In this document: positions 24,376 to 34,130 of the stretch, in pieces | How positions within the stretch are numbered: the first letter of the stretch is position 1 | Layout: each line of letters opens with the position of its first letter | DNA from: a virus | Taxonomy: Duplodnaviria; Caudoviricetes | DNA: 41,307 bases | Virus record (IMG/VR): IMGVR_UViG_3300010366_000007 | Span: 1-41,307 of that record | Direction: 5' to 3' (one strand) | The notes under the pieces: generated by a model | The model's database searches: none | What the model was told of the DNA's origin: nothing | Seen by the model: the letters and a program-made list of their open reading frames with translations, nothing else | Program-made: the position numbers and the translations under genes

Positions 24376-27300
24376 ATGCCCGGACTTCCCGACGTCGACC
24401 AGACTAGCTGGGACGACTTCTCGGCTAATCGGTGGTTTCAGCAGACCTCCGATCAGATCAACAGCTTGAGCCAGATGCCGCTGGCGCCAGGGCTGGGGTT
24501 CCTTTCCAACTCGTCAGCGATGATCAATTCGCTGCAGATCCCGACCCCGCCGCCGATCCAGCCGCCGGCGATGCCGCAGATACCCCAGATCACGCTGCCG
24601 CCGCTGCCCACGCCCACGCCGGCCCCCGCGCCAGCGCCGCCGCAACCACCAGCACCGCAGCCAGCACCGGCGGCTCCCATGCTGCCACCCCTCGGGCTGC
24701 CTCCGTCGCCAGCACCGCTCCCTCCCGAGCAAGCCCCGGCGCCGGAGGCAGCACCCGCCGGCCCGGTGCCGATGGTGCCCACGGTTCCGACGTTGCCGAC
24801 CGTGCCCACGGTGCAGATTCCAGACCAGACCCAACCGTCGATCTTCGCCCCGACGCAGCCCAAGCCGCCGGCGCAGAGTCCGTTCGGCGGCGAGGCCAAC
24901 GGCCCGTTCGCGCCGACCACGCCGGCTATCACGCCTCCCGCGACACCTAACCTGTCGCAACCGGCGCCGGCCAATTTCGATCCCAACGCGCCGGCGATGC
25001 GGGCAGTGAATGCTGCCCCAGCTGGCGATCTCCAGAACTACGCGCGTCAGGCCGCCCAGCGCGCGGGCATCAATCCCGAGATCTTTGCGGCTCAGATCCA
25101 GCAGGAGTCGGGGTTCAACCCCAACGCTGGCTCGTCGGCGGGCGCCCAGGGCATCGCCCAGATCGTGCCCCAGTACCACCCTGGCGTGAATCCGCTGGAT
25201 CCCAGGGCCGCGCTGGATTACGCAGCGAACCTCGACCGCAAGCTGTTGGACCAGTACGGGGGCGATTGGCAAAAAGCGCTGATTGCCTACAACGGTGGTG
25301 GTGGCGCGGTAGCCGCGTGGGACCGTGGCGAGCCGTACGGCGAGTCGCAGACCTACGTCTCGCAGATTCTGGGTACGAGCCGCCCTAATCAGAATGCTGG
25401 CCAGTCGGCCCAACAAGCTCCGAGTGGACTGACCACCGGCCCAGCCGACGACGCGGGCCGCATCTTTCCACTCACGGTCAAGCCCACCAACGCACCGTCT
25501 GCCACGTATCACTCGCAGGGAGGCTCGGACCTGATGGCGCCGCGCGGCACGCCCGTGGCGGCGATGCAGAGCGGCAAGGTGGTGGAGGTTTTCCAGGACA
25601 AGGGTGATCACCAGTTCGGCGGCAATGCCGTGTTGATCCACGGCAACGACGGACTGGATTACTACTACGCCCACTTTGACCAGCCGACGTCCCTTCACAT
25701 TGGCGATCAGGTCCAGGCTGGTCAGCAGATTGGTCTGGTGGGCAACTCCGGCAATGCCTACAAGGACGGCAAGGGCGAAACCCACCTCCACATCGGTATT
25801 GGCCACGGCATCTCGGACGGTGTGGGCTCTGAGGGCGGCCTGGGACTCGACTACAACGCCCAGTCCCTGCTGGCCGATCTGGAGAAGGGCGTGGGCGAGC
25901 AACCTGCCAGAACCACAGCCACGGCAGGTGCCCCGTCCGCACCAGCGCCCACGATTGCGGACCTAGACAACACGCAACGGGCGTTGAGTAACGGGCTGAC
26001 GAGTCGGCCAGCTGGGTCTGCCATCCCGCCGACGGACCAGATCCCGCGCCAGGCGATGACGCAGTTCGGCGTCCAGCAACCCAGTGTCACGCCTAGCGAG
26101 GACCAGAATCCCTGGTCGGACCTGGGCAACGTCATCAGCGGCGCCATCCAGCGCGCGGTGAGTGGCATCACCGGCGGTATGGGACCCCCAGGCCCGCCAG
26201 GTGGACCTCCAGGCGACCGCCGGCGCGAGGAAGACCAGCAGCGGCAGGACCAGTTCTCACCCGATACGGGTGATATCGGCACCAGCGACTTCCGCAACCT
26301 GAGCGCCGACCAGATCGACGCCCTGTTCCGCAACCCGGTCACGGGCGAGCCCGGTGCCATCCAGCAGGCCACTGGCTTGTACACCACCCCGCCCAGGGAC
26401 CTGAAGGAAGCCGCCGACCGAGCGTTGGCAGACATCCAGCGGCGCGGGATCCCACTGCCTGGCCCGGGCGGCTCGATCAGCTTCCTCCAGCCAGGCCGTA
26501 GCCTGCGCGAATTGAACCCGCTCAGCAAGGGGTCCGAGCCCACCGTCCTGGAAGACATCCTGTCTGGCGTGCCCGGCGTGCTGGGTGGGATTGCCCGCGC
26601 CGACGAGCAGGGCGGCACCATCATCAACCCGCTCCGCTCCGCTGCTGCCGGTGCGGCCGAGGGGGCCATCGACACCGCGAGGCTGAGCGCCGAAAACCTC
26701 GCCAAAGGCCTCGAGCGCAACCGGATCATGCAGGCCTGGGACTGGTTCGTCCGCAACTATTCCGACCGCAACGTCGACCTGAACCACGTCGCGGAAGACT
26801 TCGCCAGACGCCTGGGCCGACCGCTGACCGATGACGAGAACGCGCAGGTGCTCGCGCGCGTCGACCCCACCCACCAGTCGAACGTGGCCATCGAAAACGC
26901 ATTGGGCAGTGCCATGCGCGACGTGCCCAACAAGCTCCAGCAGACGCTCCAGGATTACATCCGCGACGAGACCGACAACTCCATCGGGGAGGGGCTGGCT
27001 AGCCGCGCCGAGAGCGCGTTCATGGACCAGGGCATCGACAAGGGCACCCAGCGCGCCATGGACGAGGCCAACCAGATGCTCCAGGACGCGCAGCAGGCCC
27101 ACGCCCAGGCACTGGCCGACCAGCGCGCGGTGGACCTGGGTGTGCATCGTACCGCGCAGTCCCAGCAGCTAAACTTCGCTGGCCAGCGGGTGCGCAACGC
27201 CGAGCAGGCCGTCTCCGACGCGGAGGAAGTTGCCAGGGACGCGGCAGCCCGCCACGCCCGCGAGCGGACGCTGAACGGCCCCCAGGGCGAACTGGTGCGG

Positions 27301-30297
27301 CGCCCCGAGCAGCGCGACCTGATCATCGCCCAGTCCGACGCGAAGCGAGCCAACGCAGCCTACTCGCGCCTGTTCGCGCGGAGTGACCGCATCCCGATCC
27401 AGCCGACCGGCACCAGCAACGCCGTCCGTGCCCAGTACGAGCGGCAGCTGGCCAGCATGGCGCGCCAGGTGGGCTACGCCGAGGACCGGGTGAGCCGCCT
27501 CCAGCAGGCGCTGGGCGAAAACGTCGCTAGTCGCGGCGCGGCCGTGGAAGGCCGTGCGGCTCAGGCGGCTCGGGCCGCGCAGGAAGCCTCGCGCGTAGCT
27601 CCGACGCCCGAGCTAGCTGCTGCCAGGGTGCGCCTGCGCTACGAGCAGGCCAACCTGGATCGTCTCCAGGCAGCCAAGGCGCGCGGCCAGCAAGGCCTGG
27701 TGGACGACCTCGCCCGCGCGTTCCAGAAGGTGCAGAAGGCTCAGCGTGACGTCACCCAGGCCGAGGCCGACCTGCCTGCGGCCGCCAAAGCCCAGGGCTG
27801 GGCACTCAAGACCGGGCGCCTGTACGGCGGACGGACCTGGGACGAGGTGCAGGCCAGCATGCAGCGCATGCAGGACCAGTTCAAGAACGATCCCGAGACG
27901 TGGGGCAAGTTCCAGAACGTCAAGTCTGCGCTCCAGGACTTCCGCAAGCAGATGCTCCAGGAAGACGTCGACTCTGGCTTGATCCCGCAGGAAGCAGCCG
28001 ACGGGATGATGGACACCTTCGACATGTGGACCCCCAGCCGCCAGCTGAAGTACCTGGCAGAGGAGGGGCCGGGCGGCTTGCCGCGCGGCAACAAGCTCAA
28101 CGTCAACTCCAACGGCTACAAGTCCTATACCGCCGAGGGTTCGAGCGGCGAACTCCAGAACCCCATCGACGCCTTCATCCAGTACGCCCAGAGTCACTAT
28201 GACCGTGTCGCCAAAAACGACGCTTTCAACGCGGTGGTTGACGCCCAGGGCGGACCCGGTGGAGCGCTGCGGCGCATTGCCGACAACATGCAGGAGTACA
28301 TCGACGCCAAGGGCGGCCTGCTCCACCCGGACTACAAGCCCAGGATTGGAGACGGCGAGCGCAAGCTGACGGGCTTTATCGACGGCAAGAAGCAGGAGTA
28401 CATCACCGACAACCCGGCCCTCCACGCGGCCATCGAGAACGTCCAGGCTGGCGACCACCCGATCATCAAGGTGCTACGTCCGCTGGCCCACCTGACACGA
28501 GAGACGGCCGTATCTCGCAACCCGCTCTGGTTGGCAGCCAACTCCCTGAGTGATGCATTCGGCTATGGCATGCGCACCACGAAAGCGAGCCCCAGCCAGC
28601 TGCTCAACCTGGGCCCAGCGGCACTCACCGCAGCGATGACGGATCCCAACGACCCCGAGCGGGAGGACAAGATCAAGGCTGCGCTGGTTGCGGGTGTCGG
28701 CTCGCGCGCGCTGATCGGCAATCGCCTGGGCCTGGGTCCGAGTGCCACGCGCGAGTTCATGCTGGCCTACGGTGATGTGCTGCGGGGCTTGGGCAGCGGA
28801 CGTATGACGGGCGAGGGTGTCCAGGAGTTGTGGCGGCGCGGTGGTGGCATGCGCGGCGGCGGCTACGCCGGCTATGGACCAAAGGCCGCCGAGGAGTACC
28901 TCCAGCAGCTGACCAAGAACCGCGCGTACAGCGTGCGCAATCTGAAGGATCTGCGCGATCTGTTCAACGACGCCATCCTGTTTGGCTGGAACAAAGCCCT
29001 GGGCGACCGCTTCGAGCAGGCGCCGCGCGTGGCGATGATGCGCCTGCGGGACCAGCAGGGCTTCTCTCCGCTGCGTTCGATGATTGCCGCCCGCGATGCG
29101 TCGATTGACTTCGACCGGGGCGGCAACTTTGTCCGTGCGCTCAACTCCGCTATCCCGTTCCTCAATGCCAGCGCCCAGGGCGGCGCCCAGCTGGGGCGTC
29201 TGGTGCGAGATGCCGGACCGGCGCTTGCCTTCGCGGGCACCAGCCTGGTCGGCATTCCCACCGCGCTGGCGGACATCTACAACTACTCGGATCCGCAGCG
29301 GGAGGACGACTACAACAACGTCCCCGACTACATCAAACGCCAGGGCCCGGTGTTGATGCGCCCAGGCGAAGCGCCGCGTGACGCCAACGGCAACCGCGTG
29401 CCGCAGTACCTCCAATTCAACACCCGTGAGTTCTCACCGTTTGCCATCGCCGCCCACGAGGCGGTCAAGCGTGCGCTGGGCAAGGGCACGCCGCGCAACG
29501 CTGCGCAGATCATGCAGGACATCGCCCTCCAGGAGCTTCCCGGCGGCCTGATGGGCAGTCCATCCGAGACACTGAGTTCGGTGTTGCCAGCTGGTTTCGG
29601 CACGGCCTACCAGCTATCCCAGAACCGCGACCTGTACCGTGACGCCAGCATCGCCAACCAGTACAGCGACGAGTCGGCCTCCAATGTGGGCAAGGCCCTG
29701 GCACCGCTGCTGGAGAACATCATCACCCAGGTACCGGGCCAGTCGGCCGACCGCATCCGTCCCTCGCAGGTCGACTTCGCCATCAAGGACGCCTTCAACG
29801 GGCTGGGTCAGACCGGCCTCAACATCACCGACCAGCTGACTGGGCGCGCGGCGCGCGTGCCGGGAGCGGCCAGCAACATCCCGCTGGTCGGCGGCGCGGT
29901 CGGCCGCTTTGTACGCGGTACTGGTGGCCAGAACTGGCAGGACGTGCAGGCCCCGGAGGCGATGCTGGCGCCCGACATCCGCCGCAACCTGCGCTCGCTG
30001 GGTGGGTCCACGGCCTACTACGAGCCGTCAGCGGTGCCGTCCACCTACCAGCGCGTGCCGCTGCGCCAGGCCGAGCAGGTCCAGTACCAGCGCCTGACCA
30101 ACCAGTATCTCGATCAGTACATGCGGCGGATGATGACGCGCAGCGGCTGGGACCGCAGCGACACGGTGCGGGAGAAGTTGATCTCGGCGGCGATGGACGC
30201 CGCGCGGAAGAAGGCCGGCGGCGAAGTGATCCGTCAGATTCGCGCGAGTGGCAGCAACCTGCACGAGCGCATGAAGCAGCAGTCATCGGCGCTCTGA
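24376..30297 (+). CDS. Large internal virion/ejection protein with SLT transglycosylase, M23 peptidase and LPD38-like C-terminus
   Basis: QESGFNPNA.SSAGAQGIAQ..AYNGG (SLT); H...SDL..YYAH..HLHIG (M23); IDFDRGG..LNSAIPFLNASAQG and VPDYIKR (LPD38-like). Confidence 0.85.
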   Translation: MPGLPDVDQTSWDDFSANRWFQQTSDQINSLSQMPLAPGLGFLSNSSAMINSLQIPTPPPIQPPAMPQIPQITLPPLPTPTPAPAPAPPQPPAPQPAPAAPMLPPLGLPPSPAPLPPEQAPAPEAAPAGPVPMVPTVPTLPTVPTVQIPDQTQPSIFAPTQPKPPAQSPFGGEANGPFAPTTPAITPPATPNLSQPAPANFDPNAPAMRAVNAAPAGDLQNYARQAAQRAGINPEIFAAQIQQESGFNPNAGSSAGAQGIAQIVPQYHPGVNPLDPRAALDYAANLDRKLLDQYGGDWQKALIAYNGGGGAVAAWDRGEPYGESQTYVSQILGTSRPNQNAGQSAQQAPSGLTTGPADDAGRIFPLTVKPTNAPSATYHSQGGSDLMAPRGTPVAAMQSGKVVEVFQDKGDHQFGGNAVLIHGNDGLDYYYAHFDQPTSLHIGDQVQAGQQIGLVGNSGNAYKDGKGETHLHIGIGHGISDGVGSEGGLGLDYNAQSLLADLEKGVGEQPARTTATAGAPSAPAPTIADLDNTQRALSNGLTSRPAGSAIPPTDQIPRQAMTQFGVQQPSVTPSEDQNPWSDLGNVISGAIQRAVSGITGGMGPPGPPGGPPGDRRREEDQQRQDQFSPDTGDIGTSDFRNLSADQIDALFRNPVTGEPGAIQQATGLYTTPPRDLKEAADRALADIQRRGIPLPGPGGSISFLQPGRSLRELNPLSKGSEPTVLEDILSGVPGVLGGIARADEQGGTIINPLRSAAAGAAEGAIDTARLSAENLAKGLERNRIMQAWDWFVRNYSDRNVDLNHVAEDFARRLGRPLTDDENAQVLARVDPTHQSNVAIENALGSAMRDVPNKLQQTLQDYIRDETDNSIGEGLASRAESAFMDQGIDKGTQRAMDEANQMLQDAQQAHAQALADQRAVDLGVHRTAQSQQLNFAGQRVRNAEQAVSDAEEVARDAAARHARERTLNGPQGELVRRPEQRDLIIAQSDAKRANAAYSRLFARSDRIPIQPTGTSNAVRAQYERQLASMARQVGYAEDRVSRLQQALGENVASRGAAVEGRAAQAARAAQEASRVAPTPELAAARVRLRYEQANLDRLQAAKARGQQGLVDDLARAFQKVQKAQRDVTQAEADLPAAAKAQGWALKTGRLYGGRTWDEVQASMQRMQDQFKNDPETWGKFQNVKSALQDFRKQMLQEDVDSGLIPQEAADGMMDTFDMWTPSRQLKYLAEEGPGGLPRGNKLNVNSNGYKSYTAEGSSGELQNPIDAFIQYAQSHYDRVAKNDAFNAVVDAQGGPGGALRRIADNMQEYIDAKGGLLHPDYKPRIGDGERKLTGFIDGKKQEYITDNPALHAAIENVQAGDHPIIKVLRPLAHLTRETAVSRNPLWLAANSLSDAFGYGMRTTKASPSQLLNLGPAALTAAMTDPNDPEREDKIKAALVAGVGSRALIGNRLGLGPSATREFMLAYGDVLRGLGSGRMTGEGVQELWRRGGGMRGGGYAGYGPKAAEEYLQQLTKNRAYSVRNLKDLRDLFNDAILFGWNKALGDRFEQAPRVAMMRLRDQQGFSPLRSMIAARDASIDFDRGGNFVRALNSAIPFLNASAQGGAQLGRLVRDAGPALAFAGTSLVGIPTALADIYNYSDPQREDDYNNVPDYIKRQGPVLMRPGEAPRDANGNRVPQYLQFNTREFSPFAIAAHEAVKRALGKGTPRNAAQIMQDIALQELPGGLMGSPSETLSSVLPAGFGTAYQLSQNRDLYRDASIANQYSDESASNVGKALAPLLENIITQVPGQSADRIRPSQVDFAIKDAFNGLGQTGLNITDQLTGRAARVPGAASNIPLVGGAVGRFVRGTGGQNWQDVQAPEAMLAPDIRRNLRSLGGSTAYYEPSAVPSTYQRVPLRQAEQVQYQRLTNQYLDQYMRRMMTRSGWDRSDTVREKLISAAMDAARKKAGGEVIRQIRASGSNLHERMKQQSSAL

Positions 30298-30310
30298 GGA
30301 GGGAGTAGAC

Positions 30311-32839
30311 ATGGTCTCGATCAACAACGGTCAGGCGCCAACTGGCTATCACTGGGAGCAGCAGGGTACCCAGCGCATCCTGGTCAACGACCGCACCGGC
30401 AACGTTGCGCTCATCAACCCCAACACCAACCAGATCACGGGCGAGGTGCCGCGCAACCAGATGCCCTCCGGTCCTGGTTATCCCAACGCGCCTGTCGCCA
30501 CGCCCTCTCAGCCCGGTACCTACAACCCTGCCGGTGCTGGCGCCAATACCAGCGTCTCTAGCGGCCCGCCTTCTAGCCCGAGCGGTGGCGGGCCTCCGAA
30601 TGTGACACCGCGCGCCGCAGGTCAGCTCTCCGGCAACGTTCAGCCGCGCACGTCACCACCTGGTGCTCCTGCGGCGCAGCCGCAGACCAGCGGTTACGAC
30701 CATCCGGGCACGGACACCTACGACTGGTGGAAGATCAACGACGCCCTGCGCGCGGCGCAGATGCCGGTCGACGACGGCACCTGGCAGATAGCTGGCACCA
30801 ACCACACCCCCACAGCGCCGGGCAAGTACGTCAAGAACCCGGACTACGACGCGCAGACCAACAACGAGCAGGACGGTGTCCAGCCGTTCATCGTCCAGGG
30901 CGGCGATGACTACCAGATCGGTGTTGTGAACACCAAGACCGGGCAACTGGTCAAGTTGCACATGACCAAGTCCGCGCCGGGGGCGGACGGTCAATACAAC
31001 TACAACATCACCGGCCGCGACGTCGGCGGCAAGGTCGACAACGCCAACCCCGGCTACACCGGCGTCCAGCAACTGCCCTTTGCGGACGGCCACGTCGAGT
31101 TGTGGGGCACCAACTCCGGCACGGGCGCCTTCGAGAAGATGTCCGGCTCACCCGAGGGCCTCGGCAAGCTCCAGGGCTGGAACGACGTCAAGCAGATCCA
31201 GCAGGGCGGCAAGCTCGTCTGGGTCGGCACCAACCCCCAGGGGCAGCCGCTCCAGCCGATTCCTGGCGCGCCCGAGGTCCCGGTCGACCGCTACGTACCA
31301 GGCAGCGTCAAGCAGGTCCAAAAAGACGGCAAGCTCGTCTATGTCGGGCTGAATTCCCAGACCCAACAGCCGGAGGAGATCCCCGGCTACGGTTCTGAGC
31401 CGGTCCAGCAGAAGCCGACCACCATCGGCCACAACGTCTACGTCACGGACCCCAATGGCCAGCTGGTGCCCGCCACGGGCATCGCCCAGCCGAAAGAGGG
31501 TGACGTTCAGTGGGTCGACGCCAGCGGTGGCTACGCCAAGCAGCAGACCTTCCACAACGGCGACTGGCATGACGACGACATTCCGCAGAAGGCCGTCAAC
31601 CCCGCGACCCAGCGAGCGCTAGGAGCGCTGAAGCAGAAGGGCGAGAAGTACTGGCTGCCGCTGCCGGGTAGCGCGGACACGATGATCCAGGTGACCGCCG
31701 ATGGCAACGGTGGCTACACCTACGAGACTGGCCCGAATGGCGAGCCGCCAGCGGTTAAGAAGATCCCTGGTATCCGTGAGCCCGAGCCGGTCACAGGCGC
31801 CGGCACCGGCGAGTTCCTGCCCCAGCGTCGTGACCCGACCACCCAGCAGCTGCTGCCGCCCGAGCGGAATATCAACTGGCAGCCGACCAACATCAGCGAC
31901 CGCATCCGCCAGCTACAGGGCTATGCCACCCAGAAGCAGCAAGACCTCCACGGCCAGGTGGTCTCCGGGGTGCTCACCGAAGACCAGGCCAACCAGCAGT
32001 TCCAGGACTGGTGGAAGGACAACATCCAGCCGGCCAAGGACGAGATCAACCTGGCGCAGCAGTACAAGCAGGAGGATCAGGCCCGCCAGAACCTGACGGT
32101 GGCCCAGGATGCAGGCCGGGCGGCACTGACGGCAGCTGCTGGCGAGCACCGCGCGGGTCCCGGCTACGCCGATGCGCTGGCCAACATCCAGCAGTCCTTC
32201 GCCTCGGGCAAGTTCCCGCAGGCGATGAGCGCCGACCAGATCCGCAATGCCGTCGAGTACCAGGAGCCGAACTGGGGCGACATCTACGACCAGGCCACCG
32301 CGCGGGCGCTGGCGCACATCAGCCCCACGGCCGCGCAGAAGGTCACCGGCCAGCCGATCCCGACCGGTCTGGGTGCCGCCCAGAGCGCCAACATCGCGGA
32401 CCAGCTGGACATGACGCGCTATACGCAGGGCGGTATGCCGGCCGGGAGCATCAATCCAGTGAATCGTGATCCGGGCTTTACCCAGTTGCCGCCGGGTGGC
32501 ATTACTCCAGTCAATCGTGATCCAGGCTTTACCCAAGCCCCGGGCGGCATCACGCCGGTCAATCGCGATCCGTACTTCGACTACAGCGCGTGGCAGCAGC
32601 GCCAGGCGCAAGATGCCGCCGCCCAGGTGGCGCAGCGCAGCGTGCAGATGCCGAATGCGCCGCTGAACCCGCAGCCCTACTCGCCTGGTCTCTATACCAG
32701 CGCGTTCCAGGCCGCGAATCCGGCCCCGCCAGTGGGCTCGCCCGCCACGACGCTGGGCATGCCGCCGGCGCCAGCCCCGGCCCAGCCATTCACGCCGGTG
32801 CCCTGGTACATCCCGTCGCCCTACCAGTTCCAGTCCTAG
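30311..32839 (+). CDS. Putative internal virion/ejection protein with internal repeats
   Basis: 842 aa, GAGGAGGGAG SD, Pro/Gln-rich ends. Confidence 0.65.
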   Translation: MVSINNGQAPTGYHWEQQGTQRILVNDRTGNVALINPNTNQITGEVPRNQMPSGPGYPNAPVATPSQPGTYNPAGAGANTSVSSGPPSSPSGGGPPNVTPRAAGQLSGNVQPRTSPPGAPAAQPQTSGYDHPGTDTYDWWKINDALRAAQMPVDDGTWQIAGTNHTPTAPGKYVKNPDYDAQTNNEQDGVQPFIVQGGDDYQIGVVNTKTGQLVKLHMTKSAPGADGQYNYNITGRDVGGKVDNANPGYTGVQQLPFADGHVELWGTNSGTGAFEKMSGSPEGLGKLQGWNDVKQIQQGGKLVWVGTNPQGQPLQPIPGAPEVPVDRYVPGSVKQVQKDGKLVYVGLNSQTQQPEEIPGYGSEPVQQKPTTIGHNVYVTDPNGQLVPATGIAQPKEGDVQWVDASGGYAKQQTFHNGDWHDDDIPQKAVNPATQRALGALKQKGEKYWLPLPGSADTMIQVTADGNGGYTYETGPNGEPPAVKKIPGIREPEPVTGAGTGEFLPQRRDPTTQQLLPPERNINWQPTNISDRIRQLQGYATQKQQDLHGQVVSGVLTEDQANQQFQDWWKDNIQPAKDEINLAQQYKQEDQARQNLTVAQDAGRAALTAAAGEHRAGPGYADALANIQQSFASGKFPQAMSADQIRNAVEYQEPNWGDIYDQATARALAHISPTAAQKVTGQPIPTGLGAAQSANIADQLDMTRYTQGGMPAGSINPVNRDPGFTQLPPGGITPVNRDPGFTQAPGGITPVNRDPYFDYSAWQQRQAQDAAAQVAQRSVQMPNAPLNPQPYSPGLYTSAFQAANPAPPVGSPATTLGMPPAPAPAQPFTPVPWYIPSPYQFQS
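32444..32572 (+). repeat. Three tandem coding repeats G(G/S)I(T/N)PVNRDP(GFTQ)
   Basis: Visible at both DNA and protein level. Confidence 0.85.
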
Positions 32840-32854
32840 AAGGAATCCGTTACG

Positions 32855-33598
32855 ATGCAGCCTCAACAACCAGAAGCTCCTTCAGACGCGCAGGCCCCTG
32901 CGGATACCTCCTCGCAGCCAGCGGCTTCTGAGCGGAGCGAAGCTCCTTCGCAGAACACTTCCTGGCTCCAGCGCCTCTGGCGCGGCAGGCGAGCGGGCGA
33001 GGAGGAGCAGGACTCCAATCAGGAACCAGCAGCGACCGGGCAGGCGTCCCAGATCACCCTGAGCCAGGATGAGCTTGATAGGCGGGTCCAGGCCGAGACC
33101 GACCGGCGCGAGCAGAAGCGCCTCCAGCAAGCCAATGCTGAGCGGCGACGCAAGCTGCGCGACGAGGATCCCTGGGCGTACGCCGAAGAGGAACGCAACG
33201 CCGAGCAGCACGCCATGTCTGACCAGCAGGTCTCAGGCATGTTCGGCCAGATCGGCGCGACGCATGATCGGTACACCCTCGATCCGCTGGTGCAGTCTCT
33301 ACCGGAGGCCGAGCGCAACCGCATCCTGGCGATGCAGGGCGCGGGCGCCGGGCTGGATGGCCGCAAGCTGATCGTGACCGAGGGCCTCAAGGCTCTCGAA
33401 AAGCACTGGAAAGAGGAAGGCGCCAGAGACGCCGAGGCCAAGCTTCGGCGCAATCAAGCCTTCCGTAAGCAAGTCTTGAGTGAGTTCCGCAGGGGTGTTT
33501 CCGAGCCGGAGTTCTTCGGCGGCGGGGCACCGTCTGCGGGCGACCGAAGTGTCAGCGATCTGCTGCGGGGAAACATGCGTCAGCACCGCAGCGCATAG
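32855..33598 (+). CDS. Capsid scaffolding protein
   Basis: Acidic N-terminus, LSQDELDRRVQ coiled coil, C-terminal VSDLLRG; upstream of the capsid gene. Confidence 0.7.
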   Translation: MQPQQPEAPSDAQAPADTSSQPAASERSEAPSQNTSWLQRLWRGRRAGEEEQDSNQEPAATGQASQITLSQDELDRRVQAETDRREQKRLQQANAERRRKLRDEDPWAYAEEERNAEQHAMSDQQVSGMFGQIGATHDRYTLDPLVQSLPEAERNRILAMQGAGAGLDGRKLIVTEGLKALEKHWKEEGARDAEAKLRRNQAFRKQVLSEFRRGVSEPEFFGGGAPSAGDRSVSDLLRGNMRQHRSA

Positions 33599-34124
33599 GA
33601 GGGTTCAGACAATATCTCGATACGCAAGGCCGTTCCGTATTCGCCAAAGTACGTTGCGTGAGACACCAAGCTGGGTAGCGAACTGATGATCGTTGCCTGG
33701 GGGCGTGACTCGGACAAGGCGCACTTGATCTGCAGTCAGCTTGCGTTGTGTGAGTTTCAGCATGCGATTGCGCGATGCGGCATGGGCTTGATTCCGGGAA
33801 TGGGCGACCCATTCAAGATTGACGACTCGGTTGTCAGTCTTGTCGAGGTTGATGTGATTCACCTCGAATCGAGGGCCAGGTCTGCTTGGCAAGAACGCTT
33901 CAGCGACCAGCGCGTGGATGTACTTCCGCTGTTTGCGTCGAGGAATGTCGGCAAGTGTGATCTGCACATACCCCTTTCCGCCTCTGAAACCAACCAACAC
34001 CTTCTTCCGTCGGTAGCTGTAGACGTTGCCCGCGTCAGAAATGGCGTAGAAGCTCTCCCAGCCGACGATTGGTATCCATCTCTCCACAGTAAGGCATTGT
34101 ATGCCTGAAGCAAGTTAGGAGGGT
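33596..34124. mobile_element. HNH insertion bounded by 9-bp direct repeats TAGGAGGGT
   Basis: TAGGAGGGT at 33596-33604 and 34116-34124; lower-GC insert; the HNH stop abuts the left repeat. Confidence 0.7.
33605..34087 (-). CDS. NUMOD4-HNH homing endonuclease with C-terminal HTH, antisense to the late operon
   Basis: ERWIPIVGWE.FYAISDAGNVYS (NUMOD4); HALVAEAFL..EVNHINLDKTDNRVVNLEW (HNH). Confidence 0.9.
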   Translation of the reverse strand: MERWIPIVGWESFYAISDAGNVYSYRRKKVLVGFRGGKGYVQITLADIPRRKQRKYIHALVAEAFLPSRPGPRFEVNHINLDKTDNRVVNLEWVAHSRNQAHAASRNRMLKLTQRKLTADQVRLVRVTPPGNDHQFATQLGVSRNVLWRIRNGLAYRDIV

Positions 34125-34130
34125 AACTCT

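Noticed and set aside
33590-34130. Group I intron or T4 gene 60-style ribosomal hop joining scaffold and capsid
   Set aside because: The HNH is antisense and fills the insert, leaving no room for an intron core; the matching GCA at 34110 is followed by an in-frame TAG
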